From assembly GCA_035647555.1 (NCBI GenBank), contig DASRNG010000051.1, positions 1 to 44,115 of the forward strand: a stretch of 44,115 nt of DNA, in the 5' to 3' direction. Shown piece by piece: positions 36,729 to 44,115 of the stretch. Made by a program: the position numbers and the translations under genes. Positions within the stretch are counted from its first letter, which is position 1. Each line of letters begins with the position of its first letter. Origin of the DNA: Oscillospiraceae bacterium (lineage in GTDB: Bacteria > Bacillota > Clostridia > Oscillospirales > Acutalibacteraceae). The notes beneath the pieces are model-generated. The model was given only the letters and a program-made list of their open reading frames with translations. It was not told the origin of the DNA and made no database searches.

Positions 36729-38179
36729 TGAGAAAAGGCGAAAGACGCAAACTAAGGCTAAAAACACGGCTCTTTTTACAGGTAGCTGTCATACTTGCTG
36801 TTTGTGTTACTGTAATAATGTTTCTAAACTCACGGTATATGCAAAACACATATTTGTGGTATGAAAAGAGAAAAACCACAAAAATGGTTGATACTATCGA
36901 GAATATACCGAATATTGAAATGACTTATTATACAGAGCTGCCGTCTTTCGAGCAAAGGAACAACTTGAGCATAGAGCTTTACAATGCGTATGACGAGCTT
37001 ATTTATGAAAGCGCATCAAAAATTGACCTTTCAAGTAAGAAGATGAATGTTATAAGCCGAAAGGCAAGTGATGACGGTAACAGCTATTATTTTATCTTGC
37101 GTGAAGAGGGAAGTGAGCTTCATTACAATGTTTATGGCAAAGTGCTGAAAAATGGTTTTCTTATTGAGGTTATATCCCTTGTTAGCCCAATAGCGCAAAG
37201 TGAAATGGTGGCAAGAACATTTACTGCCTTACTATCAGTATTGGGGCTTATTTTATCACTCATTGTTGTTTTGATTTTTGCAGGCAGGTTCACAAAACCG
37301 CTTGAACAGCTAAATAAAGTAACGGGTGAAATTGCAAACCTTAACTTTAATCATAAATGTAAAACAGATAGAAATGACGAGATAGGGGAGCTTGCAAATA
37401 ATATAAACAACCTTTCAGATTCGCTTTATAGCGCCCTTACACAGCTTGAAAAGCAGAATAAAGAGCTTATGAAAGATATTGATAAAGAGCGACGGCTTGA
37501 TATAATACGCAAAGAATTTATTTCATCAGTATCACATGAGCTTAAAACCCCGATTTCAATTATAAAAGGCTATGCAGAGGGGCTTGTGACGTTAGAAAAA
37601 AGCGAGCTTAAAACGGCAAAGGAATATAGCGGCATAATTGTATCAGAGGCAGACAGAATGAACGAGCTTGTGCATACGCTGCTTGAAATTTCACTTTATG
37701 AGTCGGGCGGATATGTTTTAAGAGAAAGTGTGTTTCCTATAGGAAAAGTAATAGCAGACCACATTGCCGTTATACGTCCCTTTTTCGCCGAAAAGGGAAT
37801 TGAAATAGAAAGCACAGTGCCAGAAACAGTCATGGTTAAAGGTGATGCCGAAAGGCTTTTTACTGTTATTGATAACTTTGTTCAAAACGCCGCCTCCCAC
37901 ACTAGAAGAGAGAAGAAAATAATTTGCCGATTTGAGGACAAGGGCGACACGGCAAGAATAATTGTTTTTAATACGGGGCCTAATATAACAAATGAAGATG
38001 CAGACAAGCTGTTTTTGAATTTTTACCGTGCAAACAAAGCGCACACGAGAGAAGAGGGTCGTTTTGGATTAGGACTTTCAATAGTAAAAGCTATTATGGA
38101 CGTTCACGGCACAGATTATGGTTTTAATAATACTGAAAATGGCGTAGAGTTTTGGTTTGAAGTTAAAAAGGCGAAGTGA
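36728..38179 (+). CDS. Sensor histidine kinase (two TM segments, HAMP, HisKA, HATPase_c)
   Basis: H-box SHELKTP, N-box NAASHT, G-box GLGLSIVK. ATGA start/stop overlap with the response regulator. Confidence 0.85.
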   Translation: MRKGERRKLRLKTRLFLQVAVILAVCVTVIMFLNSRYMQNTYLWYEKRKTTKMVDTIENIPNIEMTYYTELPSFEQRNNLSIELYNAYDELIYESASKIDLSSKKMNVISRKASDDGNSYYFILREEGSELHYNVYGKVLKNGFLIEVISLVSPIAQSEMVARTFTALLSVLGLILSLIVVLIFAGRFTKPLEQLNKVTGEIANLNFNHKCKTDRNDEIGELANNINNLSDSLYSALTQLEKQNKELMKDIDKERRLDIIRKEFISSVSHELKTPISIIKGYAEGLVTLEKSELKTAKEYSGIIVSEADRMNELVHTLLEISLYESGGYVLRESVFPIGKVIADHIAVIRPFFAEKGIEIESTVPETVMVKGDAERLFTVIDNFVQNAASHTRREKKIICRFEDKGDTARIIVFNTGPNITNEDADKLFLNFYRANKAHTREEGRFGLGLSIVKAIMDVHGTDYGFNNTENGVEFWFEVKKAK

Positions 38180-38227
38180 AATAGGGCATAAAACAGATAT
38201 ATAAATAGAGGGAATAAGGAGAAAAAT

Positions 38228-39343
38228 GTGGATATAAATTTTGTAATACCGTGCCTTTTGGGCATAGAGGGATTAATTTCAAAAGAGCTTGAACAGCTAG
38301 GTGCAAAAAATATAAAGGCGCAAAACGGGAGAGTGCTTTTCTCAGGCGATGAGTATATGCTTGCAAGAGTTAATATTTGCTCACACTATGCAGAGAGAGT
38401 GCAAATTTTAATAGGCAGCTTTACAGCAAAGACATTTGAGGAGCTTTTTGAGGGAACAAAAGCACTGCCATGGGAGCAGTGGATAGGCAGTACAGATGCA
38501 TTCCCTGTTAAAGGCTATTCGCTTAAATCTACTCTTTTTAGCGTGAGTGACTGCCAGTCAATAATAAAAAAGGCAGTCGTTGAAAGGCTGAAAGAAAAGT
38601 ATGGTATATCGTGGTTTACAGAAACGGGACCGATACACCAAATACAGTTTTCAATTATGAAAGATGAGGTTTCGCTTTTAATTGATACCTCAGGGGCAGG
38701 GCTTCATAAAAGAGGGTATAGGCCAAAAGCCACAGAGGCGCCAATTAAAGAAACGCTTGCAGCAGCTATTTGTTCGCTTTCAAAGGTAAAGCATTATCAC
38801 ACGATGTATGATCCAATGTGCGGCTCTGGCACACTTTTAATTGAGGGTGCATTACTTGCCCATGGCATTGCGCCTGGTCAAAACAGAAGTTTTGCTGCTG
38901 AAAGGTTTTCAGTTTTACCAAAAGATATTTGGAAAGTAGAAAAGGAAAGAGCAAAAGACTTAGTAAAAGTAGATACAGACTTTTTAGCCTTTGGCTCTGA
39001 TATAGATAAAAATGCTATTGAAATAGCACGTTCTTCCGCCTCTAAAATGCCATTAAAAGATAAATTTGTTTTCAAAGAATGTGATATAAAGGATTTTGAG
39101 CCGACAACAGAAAGAGGCACATTTGTGTGTAACCCACCTTACGGTGAGCGGCTGCTTGACATAGAGAATGCAAAAAAACTTTATGAGATAATGGGCGAAA
39201 AGTTTGTAAAAAGACAGGGCAGCAGCTACTCTATTATCACAGCAGACGAGGAATTTGAAACGGCTTTTGGCAGAAAGGCAGATAAAAGAAGAAAGCTTTA
39301 TAACGGCATGATAAAATGCCAGTTATACATGTATTTCAAATAG
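38228..39343 (+). CDS. THUMP-domain class I SAM-dependent RNA methyltransferase (RlmL/YpsC-like)
   Basis: DPMCGSGTLLIEG SAM motif and the NPPYGERL catalytic motif. GTG start with AAGGAG 6 nt upstream. Confidence 0.75.
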   Translation: MDINFVIPCLLGIEGLISKELEQLGAKNIKAQNGRVLFSGDEYMLARVNICSHYAERVQILIGSFTAKTFEELFEGTKALPWEQWIGSTDAFPVKGYSLKSTLFSVSDCQSIIKKAVVERLKEKYGISWFTETGPIHQIQFSIMKDEVSLLIDTSGAGLHKRGYRPKATEAPIKETLAAAICSLSKVKHYHTMYDPMCGSGTLLIEGALLAHGIAPGQNRSFAAERFSVLPKDIWKVEKERAKDLVKVDTDFLAFGSDIDKNAIEIARSSASKMPLKDKFVFKECDIKDFEPTTERGTFVCNPPYGERLLDIENAKKLYEIMGEKFVKRQGSSYSIITADEEFETAFGRKADKRRKLYNGMIKCQLYMYFK

Positions 39344-39351
39344 CAATCTCT

Positions 39352-40032
39352 TTATATCTTTGTATATACGCTTAAATTATTGCTATCATCACAAGTTGCA
39401 AGTGCCACCTCGTTTGGTGTTTTAATGCCTTGTTTTATAAGCTCACCAAGCAGCCATGCTTTGTTGTTTTCGGTGTCGCTTAGGTTTTTATCTATTATTT
39501 TGCCGTTTATTATAACGTTTACAGGCAGCTTTTCTTGCTGAGGAATAATACTCATATCAGAGGGTGTTAAGGGTCTTTCTGCTGATAATGGTAAAAAGCT
39601 CATACTGCCGTTAGATTCAAGAATAATAAGCTTTAAAGAGCCTAAGTTAAAAAAGCCGTTGCCCCTGCACTGAGTAAGCAAATCATCTATAGAAAGCTTT
39701 GCTATGTGAAGATTTTTATAATAAATCTTTCCATCTTCATAAAGTATCATGGGCTTTCCCTCAATCAGTTTTTGCGCTGTAAAGGATTTATACTCGAAAA
39801 ATGAAAGCACTATTGCGCACAATGCATATAAAACCATTGCTGTAAGCGGTTTATGAAAATCCTCAAGTTCTGTCGCCATTTCTGCGGCTATTGAGCCTAT
39901 TGTTATGCCTATTACATAGTCAAACACAGAAAGTTCTGACATTTGCTTTCTGCCCATAAGCTTTGTGAGCACAAAAAGAACAAATAAGGATAAAACAGAG
40001 GTAATAGCTGTTATTGCTATATCTTTTGCCAA
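39352..40032 (-). CDS. DUF421 (YetF-like) membrane protein
   Basis: Two to three N-terminal TM segments with LTKLMGRKQMSELSVFDYV, typical of the YetF/DUF421 family. TTG start with an AGGGGGG RBS. Confidence 0.6.
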   Translation of the reverse strand: MAKDIAITAITSVLSLFVLFVLTKLMGRKQMSELSVFDYVIGITIGSIAAEMATELEDFHKPLTAMVLYALCAIVLSFFEYKSFTAQKLIEGKPMILYEDGKIYYKNLHIAKLSIDDLLTQCRGNGFFNLGSLKLIILESNGSMSFLPLSAERPLTPSDMSIIPQQEKLPVNVIINGKIIDKNLSDTENNKAWLLGELIKQGIKTPNEVALATCDDSNNLSVYTKI

Positions 40033-40068
40033 GAAAATGCCCCCCTAAAACAATTTATTTTTCTTGCT

Positions 40069-40093
40069 ATAAACAGTTTTACCATAAACAGTT
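40069..40093 (+). repeat. Direct repeat ATAAACAGTT x2 (15-nt period) immediately upstream of the queT RBS
   Basis: Read directly: 40069-40078 and 40084-40093. Confidence 0.5.
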
Positions 40094-40114
40094 GAATTAT
40101 AGGAGGTTTTCCGT

Positions 40115-40621
40115 TTGAGCGGAAAAAAGAATCGTTTTCTTTCAGAAGCTGCCATAATAGCGGCGCTTTATGCGGCTTTAACATATATTTCGGGAGCGTT
40201 TGGGGTTGCATACCTAGGGGTGCAGTTTCGCATTTCAGAAGCGCTTACAATTATGCCGATATTCTCAGCGGCCTCTATTTGGGGTCTAGTTATTGGGTGT
40301 GTATTTGGCAATATTGGCAGTCCGTTTTTCGTAATAGATATAATATTTGGCTCTTTTTCAACTCTTTTAGCGGCGATGCTTACGAGAAAACTGCGAAAAA
40401 AAAGAATAAAGGGCTTTCCCGTATTCTCTTTCCTGCCGCCTATTATATTTAACGCCCTTTTTGTAGGGGCGGAGATAGCCTTTTTAGCAGACGGCGCTTT
40501 TTCAATAAAACTATTTGTAATATCAGCGCTACAAGTTGCTATGGGTGAGCTGGCAGTGCTTTTGGCACTTGGTGTTCCGCTTTACAAGGCAGTAGAAATG
40601 CTCAAACTATACTCTGATTAA
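40115..40621 (+). CDS. queT: Queuosine-precursor transporter QueT (ECF S-component type)
   Basis: 168 aa with 5 TM segments. AAIIAALYAALTY...QFRISEALTIMP matches the QueT family. TTG start with AGGAGG 8 nt upstream. Confidence 0.7.
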   Translation: MSGKKNRFLSEAAIIAALYAALTYISGAFGVAYLGVQFRISEALTIMPIFSAASIWGLVIGCVFGNIGSPFFVIDIIFGSFSTLLAAMLTRKLRKKRIKGFPVFSFLPPIIFNALFVGAEIAFLADGAFSIKLFVISALQVAMGELAVLLALGVPLYKAVEMLKLYSD

Positions 40622-40642
40622 AACTATAAATAATACAAAAAA

Positions 40643-40667
40643 GCCGTATCCGAAAAAAGGATACGGC
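40643..40667. terminator. Rho-independent terminator, strong for glyA (-) and weaker for queT (+)
   Basis: Stem GCCGTATCC (40643-40651) / GGATACGGC (40659-40667). On the minus strand it is followed by TTTTTT. Confidence 0.7.
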
Positions 40668-40744
40668 AAATTAGCTTTTTAGCTGTAAATAGGGATACTA
40701 CTTAAGTTTTTATAACCTTAAAACAGATACAGCAAGTTGTTCAT

Positions 40745-41986
40745 TTAGTCATAAATAGGAAAACTATTGCAAATTTCTGTAACCTTAGAGCGAATATAAT
40801 CTGCATTACTTTCAAAGTCAGTGGCGGCAAGTTTAATAAACTTTGCGATTTTCGCCATTTCAGGCTCGCCAAATCCTCTTGTTGTTACGGCAGGTGTGCC
40901 AACTCTAAGCCCGCTTGTGATGAACACTTTCTCTGGGTCATTAGGAATTGCGTTTTTATTTGCTGTTATATAAACCTTGTCAAGCCTTACTTCAAGTTCT
41001 TTACCCGTAATGCCTAAAGAGCGAAGGTCAAGTAAAAGCAGGTGGTTATCAGAGCCGTTTGAAACAATATCTATATCCTCATTTTTAAGTGCGTGTTCAA
41101 AGGCTTTTGCATTCTTAATTGTGTTTTCACCGTACTTTTTAAATGAGGGTTTTAACGCTTCCTCAAAACATATTGCTTTTGCCGCTATAATGTGCATTAA
41201 AGGGCCGCCTTGTATGCCTGGGAAAATAGACTTGTTAATTTTTGCTGCTATATTTTCATCGTTACAAAGAATAAGACCGCCTCTGGGCCCTCTTAACGTT
41301 TTATGAGTTGTAGAGGTTACAACATCTGCAAAAGGTACGGGAGAGGAGTGTACTCCTGCCGCTACAAGCCCTGCAATGTGTGCCATATCTACCATAAATA
41401 AAGCGTCAATCTCTTTTGCAATGGCAGAAATTCTTTCAAAATCAATAGACCGAGGGTAGGCAGAGGCACCTGCAACTATCATTTTGGGTTTTTCAGTCTT
41501 TGCCTTTTCTTCAAGCTCGTTATAGTCAAGATAACCGTTTTCATCTACACCATAAGAGATAAACTCAAAATATTTACCGCTAACATTTACGGGTGAGCCG
41601 TGAGTTAAGTGGCCGCCGTCACTAAGGCTCATTCCAAGAACCTTATCACCAGGGGTTAAAAGTGCGAAATATACTGCAAAATTTGCCTGAGAGCCAGAGT
41701 GCGACTGAACATTTGCGAACCTTGCACCAAAAAGCTTTTTAGCTCTTTCAATTGCGAGATTTTCCGCTATGTCAACATATTCACAGCCGCCATAATATCT
41801 TTTGCCAGGGTACCCTTCGGCATATTTATTTGTCAGCACACTGCCCATAACCGCCATAACAGCGGGCGATGTGTAGTTTTCAGATGCGATAAGCTCAATG
41901 TTTCTTTTTTGCCGCCCAGTTTCAAGCTCGATAGCACGAGCAATTTCAGGGTCATACTCATTTAAAAATGATAAACAATCATTCAT
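40745..41986 (-). CDS. glyA: Serine hydroxymethyltransferase
   Basis: [15 protein letters not shown]-lysine motif. I chose the start at ATG 41986 ([14 protein letters not shown]), with AAAGGA 8 nt upstream. Confidence 0.93.
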   Translation of the reverse strand: MNDCLSFLNEYDPEIARAIELETGRQKRNIELIASENYTSPAVMAVMGSVLTNKYAEGYPGKRYYGGCEYVDIAENLAIERAKKLFGARFANVQSHSGSQANFAVYFALLTPGDKVLGMSLSDGGHLTHGSPVNVSGKYFEFISYGVDENGYLDYNELEEKAKTEKPKMIVAGASAYPRSIDFERISAIAKEIDALFMVDMAHIAGLVAAGVHSSPVPFADVVTSTTHKTLRGPRGGLILCNDENIAAKINKSIFPGIQGGPLMHIIAAKAICFEEALKPSFKKYGENTIKNAKAFEHALKNEDIDIVSNGSDNHLLLLDLRSLGITGKELEVRLDKVYITANKNAIPNDPEKVFITSGLRVGTPAVTTRGFGEPEMAKIAKFIKLAATDFESNADYIRSKVTEICNSFPIYD

Positions 41987-42192
41987 ATCTTTCGTCCTTT
42001 CATATTCGAGGTACAAAAAATAATATACAATATATTGTCGTTATTTGCAATAGCAATATCTTAAACATATTATCATTTATAATGTTGATAAGATAGAAAA
42101 AAGTGATATAATAAGAATATGTAATTAAAAAATGAGAAAATGTGCATTTTTTGTTTTATATTAAAATAATAATTTCGCTAGGAGGGTCTTAT

Positions 42193-43662
42193 ATGGATTT
42201 GTCTGCACTTAAAACACAGTATGACGTTATAATAGTTGGTGCAGGCGTTGCTGGTCTTTATGCGGCTCTCCATTTTGAGCCGACTACTAAGGTGCTTATT
42301 GTAAGTAAAAAGGAAAAGACAAGGTCAAGCTCCTGTTTAGCGCAAGGCGGCATTGCGTGTGTTTTAGATTTAACTTATGATAGTTATGATTTACATATTG
42401 AAGATACCTTAATAGCAGGCAGAAAAGAGAATAAGATAGAGGCTGTACAAGAGCTTGTAACAAAGGGACCGGGGGATGTTCTTAAAACTATAAGGTACAA
42501 TGTAGAGTATGACAGAGATGAAAATGGTGAGCTTTTAAAAACGCTTGAGGGTGGGCACAGCCGTAAAAGAATAGTACACCACAAAGATACAACGGGGAGC
42601 GAGCTTGTTACAAAACTAATTTTGGCGGTTGAGAGCCTGCCTAACGTTACATTTTGTGATATGACGATGGTTACATCTGTTAAAAAAATGTTTGGCGGGT
42701 TTATGGTAGAGCTGCTTTCTGGTTCACAGCAAAGATATGTTTTTTCTACATTTGCTCTTTTTGCCACAGGAGGAATAGGCAGGATTTATAAGTACACCAC
42801 AAATCCATCAATAGCTACGGGTGACGGAATTAGATTCGCTTATGAAATGGGTGCCTCAATTAAAAACCTTAGCTACATTCAGTTTCACCCAACAGCATTT
42901 AACTCTGACGGCAGAGAGCAGTTTTTAATAAGTGAGGCAGTAAGAGGTGAGGGGGCATATCTGCTTAATGTGAATAAAGAGCGGTTTATGGATAGGTATG
43001 ACAGCCGCCTTGAGTTAGCCCCAAGAGATGTTGTATCTAAATCAATTATTTTGGAGTCAAGAAGAACGGGTAGCAACAATTTTTATCTTGACATAAGATA
43101 TAAGGGAAAAAAGTTTTTAGCAGAGCGTTTCCCAGGGATAAGTGAGGGCTGCCTTAAAAACGGAATAGATATTTCAAAGGACTTAATTCCTATTTTTCCA
43201 TGCCAGCACTACCTTATGGGCGGCATTGAAACAGACCTTAATGCGAGAACTACCGTTTCACAGCTATATGCAGCGGGTGAGTGTGCAAATACGGGTGTTC
43301 ATGGAAAGAATAGACTTGCAAGTAACTCTCTTTTAGAGGCGTTGGTTTTTGGCAGAAAGGCAGCGCAGGATATTGAAAGGCAAAGAAAGCTTGGTATATA
43401 TAATGTTAGACCAGAAAAGGTGTCAGCAGAGCATCATGGAAAAGCACCGCTTGTAAGTGGTATGCGTACAGAAATACGGGAAATAATGCAAAAGGCGTAC
43501 TTTGTTATACCCGACGAGGGTGCCATACACGAGGGGTATAAAAGAGTTAATGAGATATTAAGAAGGCTGAAAACAGGTGGATTTGCCAAAACTTCTGAGT
43601 ACTCTGAGGCAGTAAGTATAGCTACAATAGCATTTTTAATTTTACGAGAGGTAAACGAATAA
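42193..43662 (+). CDS. nadB: L-aspartate oxidase
   Basis: YDVIIVGAGVAGL FAD motif, then QFHPT, HYLMGGI and NRLASNSLLE motifs. I chose the start at ATG 42193, with an AGGAGGG RBS. Confidence 0.88.
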   Translation: MDLSALKTQYDVIIVGAGVAGLYAALHFEPTTKVLIVSKKEKTRSSSCLAQGGIACVLDLTYDSYDLHIEDTLIAGRKENKIEAVQELVTKGPGDVLKTIRYNVEYDRDENGELLKTLEGGHSRKRIVHHKDTTGSELVTKLILAVESLPNVTFCDMTMVTSVKKMFGGFMVELLSGSQQRYVFSTFALFATGGIGRIYKYTTNPSIATGDGIRFAYEMGASIKNLSYIQFHPTAFNSDGREQFLISEAVRGEGAYLLNVNKERFMDRYDSRLELAPRDVVSKSIILESRRTGSNNFYLDIRYKGKKFLAERFPGISEGCLKNGIDISKDLIPIFPCQHYLMGGIETDLNARTTVSQLYAAGECANTGVHGKNRLASNSLLEALVFGRKAAQDIERQRKLGIYNVRPEKVSAEHHGKAPLVSGMRTEIREIMQKAYFVIPDEGAIHEGYKRVNEILRRLKTGGFAKTSEYSEAVSIATIAFLILREVNE

Positions 43663-43675
43663 GGAGGATTTATAA

Positions 43676-44115
43676 ATGGCGCAGCTTCCAGAATTTTATG
43701 TTGATGACATAATAAAAAGGGCATTAGCAGAGGATATTAACTATATTGACATAACAACAGATAACCTTATTAGGGGGGACAGTAGGGGTACTGCCTCTAT
43801 TATCTCAAAGGCAGATGGGGTGCTTTGTGGTATTGATGTTTTCAGGCGAGTGTTTTTGCTGCTTGACAACTCTTTTGAAATGGAGGCTTTTTATAAAGAT
43901 GGTGACACAATAAAAAAAGGCTGCCTTATTGCAAAGTTTTCAGGCAAAACTGCAATGCTTTTAAAAGGCGAGCGAACGGCGCTCAATTTGCTTCAGCACA
44001 TGTCGGGCATAGCCACAGAAACCGCTTTATATGCAAAAGAGCTTGAGGGGTATAGCGCAAAAATTACGGATACGAGAAAAACGCTTCCGTCTTTACGTGC
44101 GCTTCAAAAATATGC
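43676..44115 (+). CDS. nadC: Nicotinate-nucleotide (quinolinate) pyrophosphorylase; N-terminal part only, runs off the right window edge
   Basis: Not in the track because it is open at the edge. My translation from ATG 43676 reads MAQLPEFYVDDIIKRALAEDINYIDITT...GERTALNLLQHMSGIAT...TDTRKTLPSLRALQKYA. AAGGAGG RBS. Confidence 0.85.
   Translation, partial: MAQLPEFYVDDIIKRALAEDINYIDITTDNLIRGDSRGTASIISKADGVLCGIDVFRRVFLLLDNSFEMEAFYKDGDTIKKGCLIAKFSGKTAMLLKGERTALNLLQHMSGIATETALYAKELEGYSAKITDTRKTLPSLRALQKY

Noticed and set aside
40033-40114. preQ1 riboswitch upstream of queT
   Set aside because: The CCCCCCTAAAACAA stretch looks superficially like the preQ1-I loop and A-rich tail. There is no complementary 5' stem arm and the spacing to the SD is wrong. 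I cannot support an ncRNA call without a covariance-model search.
41987-42140. ZTP (pfl) riboswitch upstream of glyA
   Set aside because: The region is almost entirely A/T and lacks the conserved GGGTCGTGAC/CCGGGCGGA-type cores.

Overview
This is a densely coding, AT-rich chromosomal segment that looks like it comes from a low-GC Firmicute of the Clostridia type. The pointers are a CIRCE-controlled groES-groEL operon, rubredoxin-hcp, a YetF/DUF421 protein, QueT, AGGAGG-type ribosome-binding sites and TTG/GTG starts. I support about 45 protein-coding genes. I found no rRNA, tRNA, CRISPR array, transposase, integrase or prophage signature, and no large non-coding gap.

Housekeeping content: hcp (partial) with rubredoxin, ddh, metF, glyA, nadB with nadC (partial), groESL, an OmpR-type two-component pair, a THUMP RNA methyltransferase, queT, a GH38 alpha-mannosidase and an acyl-CoA ligase.

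The most interesting part is 2.7-7.6 kb. A small cytoplasmic sulfotransferase is transcribed divergently from a self-contained PAPS supply and PAP recycling operon. That operon encodes a CysC-CysQ fusion, CysD, and a CysN whose C-terminal APS-kinase-like domain has lost its P-loop. There are no sulfate-reduction genes in the window, so this reads as a dedicated sulfation module with an unknown acceptor.

The module is flanked by an ABC-2 exporter and by an operon (9.7-16.3 kb) encoding a xylose-isomerase-like TIM barrel, two Gfo/Idh/MocA oxidoreductases, a sulfatase-fold enzyme with Thr in place of the formylglycine Cys/Ser, a membrane protein that looks like a catalytically dead M28 peptidase, and a DUF975-like membrane protein.

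Secondary points of interest are a DUF1538 membrane protein with a tandem PII-like protein and a divergent LysR regulator, and a membrane PAS-GGDEF cyclase with a C-terminal hemerythrin domain. There are also several perfect palindromes and direct repeats in promoter regions, and a queT gene with no recognisable preQ1 riboswitch.

All family assignments come from motif reading by eye. No database search was run.
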